Assembly (NCBI RefSeq): GCF_001457615.1 | Contig: NZ_LN831024.1 | Location: forward strand, 2,310,001 to 2,342,000 | Direction: 5' to 3' | Origin: Pseudomonas aeruginosa | GTDB taxonomy: Bacteria > Pseudomonadota > Gammaproteobacteria > Pseudomonadales > Pseudomonadaceae | DNA length: 32,000 nt | Part shown: in pieces, positions 10,948 through 19,322 of the stretch | Layout of the letters: the number at the start of each line of letters is the position of its first letter | Position numbering within the stretch: position 1 is the stretch's first letter | The notes under the pieces: model-generated | Told to the model about the DNA's origin: nothing | The model's input: the letters and a program-made list of their open reading frames with translations, nothing else | Databases searched by the model: none | Made by a program: the position numbers and the translations under genes

Positions 10948-11023
10948 GTCCCCTTCGTCTAGTGGCCTAGGACACCGCCCTTTCACGGCGGTAACAGGGG
11001 TTCGAGTCCCCTAGGGGACGCCA
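10948..11023 (+). tRNA. tRNA-Glu (anticodon UUC)
   Basis: 76 nt. Acceptor stem GTCCCCT/AGGGGAC, anticodon loop CTTTCAC (TTC at 10982-10984), T-arm GGTTCGAGTCC, encoded CCA. Confidence 0.95.
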
Positions 11024-11025
11024 TT

Positions 11026-11101
<76 letters not shown>

Positions 11102-11185
11102 AATTCTACAACCTGGCTTCGGCGGGGTTGGTGAAAGTTAGGCGTCAAAGGTTCGGTTTCGGCCGAACGGGCAACAAGTTGTAAC

Positions 11186-11261
<76 letters not shown>

Positions 11262-11294
11262 AACATGATCCAGGTTTCGGCCTGGGTCGAAGAG

Positions 11295-11318
11295 AAAAGG
11301 GCCTTCGGGCCCTTTTTT
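11295..11318 (+). terminator. Intrinsic terminator of the tRNA operon
   Basis: AAAAGGGCC (11295-11303), loop TTCG, GGCCC (11308-11312), then T6 (11313-11318). Confidence 0.88.
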
Positions 11319-11685
11319 CGTTTCTGCGCGCCAGGCTGCTCGTCCTGGTCTCCTTTACTTGCCTCGTTCTGCCGTTCAAGCCCCGCTGTCTCGCGGTAGC
11401 GAGGACGTCCCGGGTCCCGCGCGCTGGACGCCTTTTCCGTCGCGTTCGGCGGCGGAGGCGGGCGCGGTCGCTCGCCAGGCTTCTGGGGTAAGATTCGTTC
11501 CGGGCGCCGGCTGCGTTGCGCCGCAAATAGGTGCAGGCTGGCGCGAGCGAGCCGGCTCTGTCGGGGTGTTCCCGTCGTCGGACGTTGTCGGCTTCGTGCT
11601 TGTATTTTCAACCTCATACGGACATGACCCTGATCCCGGCAATCCCGGGCGGGCTTCGTGCAACTTGCGCGGGAGCGTGGCACCT

Positions 11686-13263
11686 ATGCAGATCGGCAGG
11701 CCGCGGCGGGACAGTCTCTTTCATTTCGGTATCGTGGTCGCCGCGCTCGCGGCCGTCCCGTTGCTCATGGCGCCGCTGGTGTACCAGCAGGCCAGGATGC
11801 GTGCCGAAGGCGAGGCCGCGGTAACCTCTGTCGCCATTCTTCGCCAGTTGGACACCCTGCTCGGCGTTGTCTCGGACAGCCTGGACAAGAGCCAGGAGGC
11901 GGTGGGCAAGCCGTGCCGGGAGGTCCTGGGCCGATTGACCCGGATGACCATGCTGAGCCCGTATTTCCGCTCGCTGGTCCTAGTGGAACGCGAGAGCGTC
12001 TATTGCTCCTCCCTGCGGGGCGAGTTGCACGATCTGCCGTTGCAGGTGGCCTTCAAGGCTTTGGGCAGCCTGCCGGCCGGGCAGCGCATCACCCCCAGCA
12101 ACGCGACGCCGCAGGTACCGGAGCGGGCTTCGGTCATCATGTCGCGTGGCGATGAAAACGGATCCGGCGTGCTGGCGATAATCGACGGTCAGTACCTGCT
12201 GGATATCCAACAGGCGGCTTCCTACGACGAACGGTTCCAGGTGCAGATGGTCCTGAGACAGTCGCAGCGACAGCTACCCGGCGGCGCGCCCGCCACCGGC
12301 GATGGCGTCGCCGTAGCGGCTTCGGCAAGGTTTCCGGTCGAGGTGCGGGTGGCGGTCGCTCCCGCGCTGGCCAGCGCCTATCGTGCCGATGCCTGGCGGC
12401 ATTACGCCCCCTTCATCCTCCTGGCCGCGTTGCTGGCGGGATATCTGGCGCACCTGTTCTGCCGTCGCCGGCTGTCGCTGGTCGGCGACATGTATCGGGC
12501 CATGCGCGCCCGTGAGTTCCACATGGTCTACCAGCCGATCATCCATCTCGATACCGGAGAGTGCCGGGGCGTCGAGGCGTTGGTGCGCTGGCAGCGGCCG
12601 GACAGGAGTCAGGTGCGGCCGGACATCTTCATCCCCCTGGCCGAAGACAACGGCATGATCGGCGATCTGACCCGGCACATCTTCGGCCTGGTCGCCGCCG
12701 ACCTGGCGCAACTGGGCCTGGGGGCGGGCGATCATCTCGGTGTCAATGTCAGTGGCTCGCACTTGGCGAGCCATGGGTTCGTCGACGACGTGCGGCGTTT
12801 GCTCGGCGCCATCGGCAGCGAAGGCCCGCAACTGGTCCTGGAAGTCACCGAGCGCGAGGCGCTGCCGCACGATGCGCAGTTGCAGCACAACATCCAGCAA
12901 CTGCGCGAGCTTGGCGTGCAATGGGCGCTGGACGATTTCGGCACGGGGCAAAGCTCGTTGTCCCACCTGCAGAAGCTGCATGCGGACTTTCTCAAGATCG
13001 ATCGCTCGTTCGTCAGCAGCGTCGGCAGCGGATCGGTGAATGCCGTGGTGCTGGAGACGATCATCGCGCTGGCGCAGCGCCTGGACCTGGCCATGACCGC
13101 CGAAGGCATCGAGACCCGGGAGCAGGAACAGTACTTGTGCGGGCACAGCATCCAGTGGGGGCAGGGCTACCTGTTTTCCCCGCCGCTGAAGGCGGCCGAG
13201 CTCTGGGCGTGGCGCAACAGCCGGCGCGGCGCAGAGCGCGAGGCGCGCGTAGCGGCGAGCTAG
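11686..13263 (+). CDS. arr: Inner-membrane CSS-motif / EAL-domain c-di-GMP phosphodiesterase (Arr)
   Basis: ORF 11359..13263 trimmed to MQIGRPRRDSLFHFGIVVAALAAVPLLMAP (ATG 11686, GGGAG 10 nt upstream). The upstream in-frame stretch has poor GC3 and rare codons (gta, aga, ata, tca, ttt). Features: TM1, a periplasmic CSS domain (ESVYCSSL), TM2, and EAL motifs (EALVRW, DDFGTG, KIDRSF, EGIET, QGYLFS). Confidence 0.85.
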   Translation: MQIGRPRRDSLFHFGIVVAALAAVPLLMAPLVYQQARMRAEGEAAVTSVAILRQLDTLLGVVSDSLDKSQEAVGKPCREVLGRLTRMTMLSPYFRSLVLVERESVYCSSLRGELHDLPLQVAFKALGSLPAGQRITPSNATPQVPERASVIMSRGDENGSGVLAIIDGQYLLDIQQAASYDERFQVQMVLRQSQRQLPGGAPATGDGVAVAASARFPVEVRVAVAPALASAYRADAWRHYAPFILLAALLAGYLAHLFCRRRLSLVGDMYRAMRAREFHMVYQPIIHLDTGECRGVEALVRWQRPDRSQVRPDIFIPLAEDNGMIGDLTRHIFGLVAADLAQLGLGAGDHLGVNVSGSHLASHGFVDDVRRLLGAIGSEGPQLVLEVTEREALPHDAQLQHNIQQLRELGVQWALDDFGTGQSSLSHLQKLHADFLKIDRSFVSSVGSGSVNAVVLETIIALAQRLDLAMTAEGIETREQEQYLCGHSIQWGQGYLFSPPLKAAELWAWRNSRRGAEREARVAAS

Positions 13264-13329
13264 AGGGGCAGATGAGCGTGCGGCGGAAGCGCAAAGAGTC
13301 GCGCCGGCGTGCGTCCGGCGCGAGGCGAT

Positions 13330-13740
13330 TCAGTGCCGCGGGCTGTCCTCGGGCAGCGCGAGCAACTGTTTTTCGCGGTTCCAGTCGAACGTTTCGCCGC
13401 GCTCTTCGGCTTCGTAGCGGCGCTCGTCGAGGCGCTGGAACAGGTCGATCTCTTCGTCCGGCATGAAGTGCAGGCAATCGCCGCCGAAGAACCACAGCAG
13501 GTCGCGCGGTACCAGGTGGGCGATCTGCGGATAGCGGTGGAAGACCTGGGAGATCAGGTCCTGGCCGAGGTATTGGGCGCCTTCCGGGTCGCGCGGCAGT
13601 TCGTCCATCAGTTCGTCGAAACGCTCGAGGAACAGCCCGTGGTTTTCTTCCGGCACCTGCTCGGCCTCGCCCAGGGCGCCGAGGATGTTGCGCAGGTGCT
13701 GGAGCAGGGCGAGGTGGTGCTCGAGGTAGGAGTTGGCCAT
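13330..13740 (-). CDS. Conserved acidic hypothetical protein (136 aa)
   Basis: ORF MANSYLEHHLALLQHLRNILG...WFFGGDCLHFMPDEEI has good coding composition. I cannot assign a family with confidence. Confidence 0.7.
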   Translation of the reverse strand: MANSYLEHHLALLQHLRNILGALGEAEQVPEENHGLFLERFDELMDELPRDPEGAQYLGQDLISQVFHRYPQIAHLVPRDLLWFFGGDCLHFMPDEEIDLFQRLDERRYEAEERGETFDWNREKQLLALPEDSPRH

Positions 13741-13798
13741 GACGGGTCCTCTGGAAAAAAGCTGGGCAGTATAAAGGGTTTCGCGGCGCCGGCCAGTT

Positions 13799-14179
13799 TC
13801 AGCGGATCGCCGGGGACTGGCTCTGGCGCCGGCGGTTTTCCAGTTGCCGGCGTTCGCTGTCGAGGCGCCGCTGGTCCTGCTCCAGGCGCCAGCGCTGCTG
13901 GTCCAGTTGCTGCTGGCGGATCAGGTTGTCCTGCATCTGTCGCTGCTGCCGTTGCCGCTGCAGGTTCTGCTGCTGGCGTTGCAGTTGATCCTGCTGCAGT
14001 TGCAGGCGTTGTTCGTCGAAGCGCTGGCGCTGTTCCTGGAGCTGGCGTTGGCGCTGTTCGCCGGCGCGCTGCACCGCCTGCTGGTGCGGCTGCACGCCAT
14101 AGGGCGCAGGCGGTGCGGCCTGCGCCGGGGGCAGGAGGAGAAACGAGGCTGCCAGGCCGGTGGCAAATAGCTTGAGCAT
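13799..14179 (-). CDS. Secreted Gln/Arg-rich low-complexity protein (126 aa)
   Basis: This is the C-terminal part of track ORF 13799..15961, starting at ATG 14179 with GGGAGG upstream. It has a signal peptide (MLKLFATGLAASFLLLPPAQA|AP), then about 100 residues dominated by Q and R (QRQRQLQEQRQRFDEQRLQLQQDQLQRQQQNLQRQRQQRQ...). Confidence 0.7.
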   Translation of the reverse strand: MLKLFATGLAASFLLLPPAQAAPPAPYGVQPHQQAVQRAGEQRQRQLQEQRQRFDEQRLQLQQDQLQRQQQNLQRQRQQRQMQDNLIRQQQLDQQRWRLEQDQRRLDSERRQLENRRRQSQSPAIR

Positions 14180-14250
14180 GATGGCCTCCCGTACGTCAGG
14201 GATGTGCCCGTCGATTCTAGCCAATCGCCCGGGTTTGGGTGGGTGAAGAC

Positions 14251-14278
14251 GACAAAGGCGCCGGAAGGCGCCTTTGTC
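14251..14278 (-). terminator. Hairpin terminator downstream of the fadE-like gene
   Basis: Perfect 12-bp stem GACAAAGGCGCC (14251-14262) / GGCGCCTTTGTC (14267-14278) with loop GGAA, about 30 nt after the stop at 14308. The U-tract is weak. Confidence 0.6.
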
Positions 14279-14307
14279 GGTTGCGACCGTCGCTTTGCCG
14301 CGGAGTG

Positions 14308-16755
14308 TCAGCGGATCCTGCCGTCGGCCAGTTGCAGTTCCTCCTTGGCGAAGTCGTCGACGTCGATCACCTTGCGCCGTGCCGCTTCGGCCTGGTGCAG
14401 GGCCTGCGCCTGCTCGGCGCTCAGCACGCCGGCGGCGGCGCCGGCATCGATCGGGTTCTGCCCCGCTTGCGGCTGGACCCTGCCTTCCTTGATCGCCTTG
14501 TGCAGGGTTTTCTCCAGCGCGGCGCTTTCGCGTACCGCGTCGAAGGCGTGGGCGAGGGCACCGACCGGGTCCTGCGGGTCCTTCGGCAGGAACGCGCCAG
14601 CGAGGATCGCCTGCAACGCCGGGTCGTCGTCCGGACGGCCGAGGATTTCCGCGATCTCGGCGTCCAGTTCGTCGCCCGGCCCTTTGTGCCGGCGGCCGAA
14701 CGGCAGTACCAGGACCTTCAGCGCGCAGCCGAAGAAGCGGCTGGGGAAGTTGTTCAGCAGGTCCTCCAGCGCCGCCTCGGCCTTGCCGAGGTTTTCCTCC
14801 ATGGCCCAGCGCAGCAGCGGATGCAGGTAGTCCGGGTTGCCCAGGTCGTGGTAGCGCTTGAGCGCCGCCGAGCCCAGGTAGAGATAGCTGAGGACATCGC
14901 CGAGACGCGCGGAGAGGCGTTCCTTGCGCTTCAGTTCGCCGCCCAGCAGCATCATGCTGAAGTCGGCGAGCAGGGCGAAGGACGCCGCCAGGCGGTTCAG
15001 CGCGCGGAAGTAGGGACGGCTGATGCGGTCGCCGGGCGCGTTGCCGAGGTGGCCGCAGCTGAGACTGAGGAGGAAGCTGCTGGCGGCGTTGCCGACGGCG
15101 AAGCCGATGTGCTTCACCAGCAGCGCGTCGAACTCGCGGGCGGCCTGGTCCTTGTCCTCGCGCTGGGCCAGTTCCATTTCCTTGAGTACGTACGGATGGC
15201 AACGGATCGCGCCCTGGCCGAAGATCATCAGGTTGCGCGAGAGGATGTTCGCGCCTTCCACCGTGATGAAGATCGGCGCGCCCTGCCAGGAACGACCCAG
15301 GTAGTTGTTCGGGCCCATGATGATGCCCTTGCCGCCATGGATGTCCATGGCATGGGCGATGCACTCGCGGCCGCGCTCGGTGAGGTGGTACTTGAGGATC
15401 GCCGAAAGCACCGAGGGCTTCTCGCCGAGGTCCACCGCGTTGGCGGTGAGGATTCGCGCGCTGTCCATCAGCCAGGCGTTGCCGCCGATGCGGGCGAGCG
15501 CCTCCTGGATGCCTTCGAAGGCGGCGATCGGCACGTTGAACTGCTCGCGGACCTGAGCGTAGCGACCGCTGACGTAGCTGCTGGCCTTGCCAGCGCTGGT
15601 GCCCACCGCCGGCAGCGAGATGGAGCGTCCGACCGACAGGCAGTTCATCAGCATCATCCAGCCTTTGCCGATCATTTCCTGCCCGCCGATGATGTACTCC
15701 AGCGGCACGAACACGTCCTTGCCGGAGTTCGGACCGTTCATGAAGGCGGCGCCCAGCGGCACGTGGCGGCGGCCGATCTCGACCCCGGGGGTGTCGGTGG
15801 GAATCAGCGCCAGGGTGATGCCCAGGTCCTCCTCGTCGCCCAGCAGATGGTCCGGGTCGTGGCACTTGAAGGCCAGGCCGAGGAGGGTGGCCACCGGGCC
15901 GAGGGTGATGTAGCGCTTTTCCCAGGTCAGGCGCAGGCCGAGCACCTCGCGACCTTCCCATTCGCCCTTGCAGACGATGCCGACGTCGGTCATGCCGCCG
16001 GCATCGGAGCCCGCGTAGGGGCCGGTGAGGGCGAAGCAGGGGATGTCGTCGCCCTTGGCCAGGCTCGGCAGGTAGCGCTGGCGCTGCTCGTCGGTGCCGT
16101 AGTGGAGCAGCAGCTCGGCCGGGCCGAGGGAGTTCGGCACCATCACCGTCGAGGCCAGGTCGCCGCTACGGGTGGCGAGCTTCATCACTACCTGCGAGTG
16201 GGCGAAGGCGGAGAAGCCCTTGCCGCCGTACTCCTTGGGAATGATCAGGCCGAAGAAGCCGTGCTGCTTGATGAAGGCCCACGCTTCTTCCGGCAGGTCC
16301 ATGCGCTGGCCGATGTCCCAGTCGCTGACCATGGCGCAGAGTTCTTCGGTCGGGCCGTCGACGAAGGCCTGCTCTTCTTCGGTGAGTTGCGCCTTGGGGT
16401 AGTCGAGCAGTTTCTGCCAGTCCGGGCGGCCGCTGAACAATTCGCCATCCCACCACACGGTGCCCGCCTCGATGGCCTCGCGCTCGGTGTCGGACATCGG
16501 CGGCAGGACTTTCTGGAACCAGGCGAACAGCGGACCGCTGAGCACGCGCCGGCGCAGGTCGGGCAGGGCGAGGGGAAGCGCCACCGCCAGCCAGAGCAGC
16601 CAGAAGACCAGCAGCAGCCAGCCGGGCGCGTGGCTGAACACGCCCATCAGGATCAGGTAGGCGGCGCTGATGCCGAGCGCGGGAGCGGGTGGGGTACGCC
16701 GATGGGCGAGGTAAGCGACACCGAGTACCAGTACGACTAACCAGAGCAACAACAT
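14308..16755 (-). CDS. fadE: Large membrane-associated acyl-CoA dehydrogenase (E. coli FadE-like, 815 aa)
   Basis: Full-length ORF with N-terminal TM helices (MLLLWLVVLVLGVAYL...), an acyl-CoA dehydrogenase core, and a long C-terminal extension. Size and architecture match FadE. The symbol is assigned by similarity only. Confidence 0.88.
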   Translation of the reverse strand: MLLLWLVVLVLGVAYLAHRRTPPAPALGISAAYLILMGVFSHAPGWLLLVFWLLWLAVALPLALPDLRRRVLSGPLFAWFQKVLPPMSDTEREAIEAGTVWWDGELFSGRPDWQKLLDYPKAQLTEEEQAFVDGPTEELCAMVSDWDIGQRMDLPEEAWAFIKQHGFFGLIIPKEYGGKGFSAFAHSQVVMKLATRSGDLASTVMVPNSLGPAELLLHYGTDEQRQRYLPSLAKGDDIPCFALTGPYAGSDAGGMTDVGIVCKGEWEGREVLGLRLTWEKRYITLGPVATLLGLAFKCHDPDHLLGDEEDLGITLALIPTDTPGVEIGRRHVPLGAAFMNGPNSGKDVFVPLEYIIGGQEMIGKGWMMLMNCLSVGRSISLPAVGTSAGKASSYVSGRYAQVREQFNVPIAAFEGIQEALARIGGNAWLMDSARILTANAVDLGEKPSVLSAILKYHLTERGRECIAHAMDIHGGKGIIMGPNNYLGRSWQGAPIFITVEGANILSRNLMIFGQGAIRCHPYVLKEMELAQREDKDQAAREFDALLVKHIGFAVGNAASSFLLSLSCGHLGNAPGDRISRPYFRALNRLAASFALLADFSMMLLGGELKRKERLSARLGDVLSYLYLGSAALKRYHDLGNPDYLHPLLRWAMEENLGKAEAALEDLLNNFPSRFFGCALKVLVLPFGRRHKGPGDELDAEIAEILGRPDDDPALQAILAGAFLPKDPQDPVGALAHAFDAVRESAALEKTLHKAIKEGRVQPQAGQNPIDAGAAAGVLSAEQAQALHQAEAARRKVIDVDDFAKEELQLADGRIR

Positions 16756-16907
16756 GCGGAATCCTCCATGAAGACGCCAGGCGGCGTCTCGAGCTTAGCC
16801 CGTTTGCCGCCGTTTGGCGGCAGGGCCGGTCAGCTTGGCCGGTTTGTCACGTTATAGGCGAAAACTTCCCGTTTAGACTGGGACAAATTGCCCGCCGGGA
16901 GCCCGCC

Positions 16908-17579
16908 ATGCAGTCCTACCTACAATCCGGCCGCTTCGTGGATAGTGACCACCCGGTGGTGGTGGAGTTCGCGGAAAAATCCCGGGGGAATTCGGCGAAA
17001 CCGCGTGACCAGGCGGTCGCGCTGTACTACGCGGTACGCGACGGGGTGCGCTACAACCCCTACGTGTTCAGCCGCGATCCGCAGACCCTGAAGGCCAGCC
17101 ACGCGCTGCAGCAGGGCGAGTCCTATTGCGTGCCCAAGGCCATCCTGCTCGCCGCCTGTGCCCGGCATTGCCGGATTCCGGCGCGGATCGGCCTGGCCGA
17201 CGTGCGCAACCACCTGGCCACGCCGCGCCTGCTGGAGGCGCTGCGCAGCGCGGTGTTCGCCATGCACGGCTATACCGAGCTGTACCTCGAGGGCCGCTGG
17301 GTGAAGGCCACCCCGGCGTTCAACCGTGCCTTGTGCCGCGCCTTCGACGTCGCTCCGCTGGAGTTCGACGGCGTCGCCGACAGCGTCTTCCATCCGTTCA
17401 ACCGCCAGGGCGAGCGCTACATGGAATACCTGGCCGATCACGGCCAGTTCGCCGACCTGCCGGAGGAACTGTTCTTCTCCCACTTGCAGCAGCACTATCC
17501 GCACCTGTTCTCCGGCCGCCCGCTGGCCCTGGACGGCGATTTCCAGGCCGAGGCCGGACAAGATGAAGGGCGTCGATAG
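16908..17579 (+). CDS. Transglutaminase-like cysteine peptidase superfamily protein
   Basis: ORF 16689..17579 trimmed to MQSYLQSGRFVDSDHP (ATG 16908). It has the Cys motif QGESYCVPKAILLAA and a downstream His (AMHGYTELY). Confidence 0.78.
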   Translation: MQSYLQSGRFVDSDHPVVVEFAEKSRGNSAKPRDQAVALYYAVRDGVRYNPYVFSRDPQTLKASHALQQGESYCVPKAILLAACARHCRIPARIGLADVRNHLATPRLLEALRSAVFAMHGYTELYLEGRWVKATPAFNRALCRAFDVAPLEFDGVADSVFHPFNRQGERYMEYLADHGQFADLPEELFFSHLQQHYPHLFSGRPLALDGDFQAEAGQDEGRR

Positions 17580-17693
17580 TCACCATCAGCCGGCGCGTCT
17601 TCCTTCTTCGGTCCATCCTCGGTAGGGTGCGGCATGTCGTCCGGGCGCTCCGGCGACCCATCCGCCGCATCAACCGAAGAGGGAACGCAGAGT

Positions 17694-18314
17694 ATGTTGA
17701 CCATCTGGGGCCGGAAGAACTCGAGCAATGTGCGCAAGGCGCTGTGGTGCGCCGAGGAGGCTGGCCTGGAGTACCGGACGGTGGATGCCGGCGGGGCGTT
17801 CGGCCTGGTGGATGAGCCGGCGTTCCGTGCGATGAATCCGAACGGTCGGGTGCCGGTGATCGAGGACGACGGCTTCGTCCTCTGGGAGTCCAACGCCATC
17901 GTCCGCTACCTGGCCGCCCGCTATGCGCCGGGCGACCTCTATCCGCAGGACCCGGTGCGCCGCGCCGACGCCGACAAGTGGATGGACTGGACCACCTCGA
18001 CTCTCGCCGGGCCGTTCCGCGACCTGTTCTGGGGAACGCTGCGTACGCCGCCGGAGCAACGCGACGAGGCCCTGATCGCAAAGGCGTTGCAGACCTGCGG
18101 CGAGTTGCTGCGGGTGCCGGACCAGACCCTGGCCGGCCAACCCTGGCTGTCCGGCGAACGCTTCGGCATGGGTGACATTCCCCTGGGCTGTTTCATCTAC
18201 GCCTGGTTCGAGATGCCCATCGAGCGCCCGCCGCTGCCCCACCTCGAGGCCTGGTACCTGCGCTTGCGCGAGCGCCCGGCGTTCCGCACCGCGGTAATGA
18301 CCGAACTGACCTGA
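17694..18314 (+). CDS. gstB: Glutathione S-transferase, GstB/YliJ-like
   Basis: ORF 17634..18314 trimmed to MLTIWGRKNSSNVRKALW (ATG 17694). It is colinear with my recollection of E. coli GstB (MITLWGRNLSTNVKKV...NPNGLVP...LWESNAIVRYLAA...KWMDW). The symbol is assigned by similarity only. Confidence 0.85.
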   Translation: MLTIWGRKNSSNVRKALWCAEEAGLEYRTVDAGGAFGLVDEPAFRAMNPNGRVPVIEDDGFVLWESNAIVRYLAARYAPGDLYPQDPVRRADADKWMDWTTSTLAGPFRDLFWGTLRTPPEQRDEALIAKALQTCGELLRVPDQTLAGQPWLSGERFGMGDIPLGCFIYAWFEMPIERPPLPHLEAWYLRLRERPAFRTAVMTELT

Positions 18315-18325
18315 GCCGGCTACTG

Positions 18326-18354
18326 TTGCATTTTGTTACCCGTAGCCTTATCTA
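18326..18354 (+). promoter_or_regulatory. Candidate sigma70 promoter for the ABC transporter operon
   Basis: TTGCAT (18326-18331), a 17-nt spacer, then TATCTA (18349-18354), in a locally AT-richer intergenic stretch 36 nt upstream of ATG 18390. Confidence 0.35.
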
Positions 18355-18389
18355 GCTCTTCCTCTTCACCTTCCGACACGGGAAGCCTA

Positions 18390-19322
18390 ATGAGTTCCGC
18401 CCTGTCCATCCGTCAATTGACGAAAACCTACGGCAACGGTTTCCAGGCCCTCAAGGGCATCGACCTGGACGTCGCCGAAGGTGATTTCTTCGCCTTGCTC
18501 GGCCCCAACGGCGCGGGCAAGTCCACCACCATCGGGATTCTCTCGACCCTGGTGAACAAGACCAGCGGTTCGGTCTCGGTGTTCGGCCACGACCTCGACA
18601 AGGACCCGGCCGGCCTCAAGCGTTGCCTTGGCGTGGTGCCGCAGGAGTTCAACTTCAACCAGTTCGAGAAGGTCTTCGACATCGTCGTGACCCAGGCCGG
18701 CTACTACGGCATCCCGGCGAAGATCGCCAAGGAGCGCGCCGAGCGCTACCTGACCCAGCTGGGGCTGTGGGACAAGCGCAACGAAGCCTCGCGGATGCTC
18801 TCCGGCGGCATGAAGCGGCGCCTGATGATCGCCCGCGCACTGGTCCACCAGCCGCGCCTGCTGATCCTCGACGAGCCCACCGCCGGGGTCGACATCGAGC
18901 TGCGTCGTTCGATGTGGAGCTTCCTCACCGAACTCAACCAGGAAGGCATCAGCATCATCCTCACCACCCACTACCTGGAAGAGGCGGAGCAGCTCTGCCG
19001 CAACATCGCCATCATCGACCACGGCGAGATCGTGCAGAACACCAGCATGCGTGACCTGCTGATGACCCTGCATTCGGAAACCTTCCTGCTCGACCTGAAG
19101 AACGTCCAGGCCCTGCCGCCGACTCTCGACGGCTACCCGACGCGGCTGGTGGACGATCACACCCTCGAAGTGCAGGTGGAGAAAAGCCAGGGCATCAACG
19201 ATCTGTTCGCCCAGTTGGGCGCACAAGGCATCGAGGTACTGAGCCTGCGCAACAAGACCAATCGCCTGGAGGAGCTGTTCGTGTCGCTGGTGGAGAAGAA
19301 CCTGACGAGGATCGCCCGATGA
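18390..19322 (+). CDS. yadG: ABC transporter ATP-binding protein (YadG-like, ABC-2 type)
   Basis: ORF 18333..19322 trimmed to MSSALSIRQLTKTYGNGFQALKGIDL (ATG 18390). It has Walker A GPNGAGKST, signature LSGGMKRR and Walker B LLILDEPT. It is highly colinear with E. coli YadG as I recall it. Confidence 0.9.
   Translation: MSSALSIRQLTKTYGNGFQALKGIDLDVAEGDFFALLGPNGAGKSTTIGILSTLVNKTSGSVSVFGHDLDKDPAGLKRCLGVVPQEFNFNQFEKVFDIVVTQAGYYGIPAKIAKERAERYLTQLGLWDKRNEASRMLSGGMKRRLMIARALVHQPRLLILDEPTAGVDIELRRSMWSFLTELNQEGISIILTTHYLEEAEQLCRNIAIIDHGEIVQNTSMRDLLMTLHSETFLLDLKNVQALPPTLDGYPTRLVDDHTLEVQVEKSQGINDLFAQLGAQGIEVLSLRNKTNRLEELFVSLVEKNLTRIAR

Noticed and set aside
13301-13321. Hairpin GCGCCGG-cgtgcgt-CCGGCGC between convergent arr and the downstream hypothetical gene
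   Set aside because: It is a likely transcript-end structure but lacks U-tracts. It is a 7-bp GC stem of a kind that occurs by chance in this composition.
14180-16740. The N-terminal 590 residues of ORF 13799..15961 (-) and the 833-aa + ORF 14239..16740
   Set aside because: Both are shadow frames of the fadE-like gene (Arg/Pro/Gly-rich). Only the last 126 codons of 13799..15961, which lie outside fadE and start with an RBS and signal peptide, look like a real gene.
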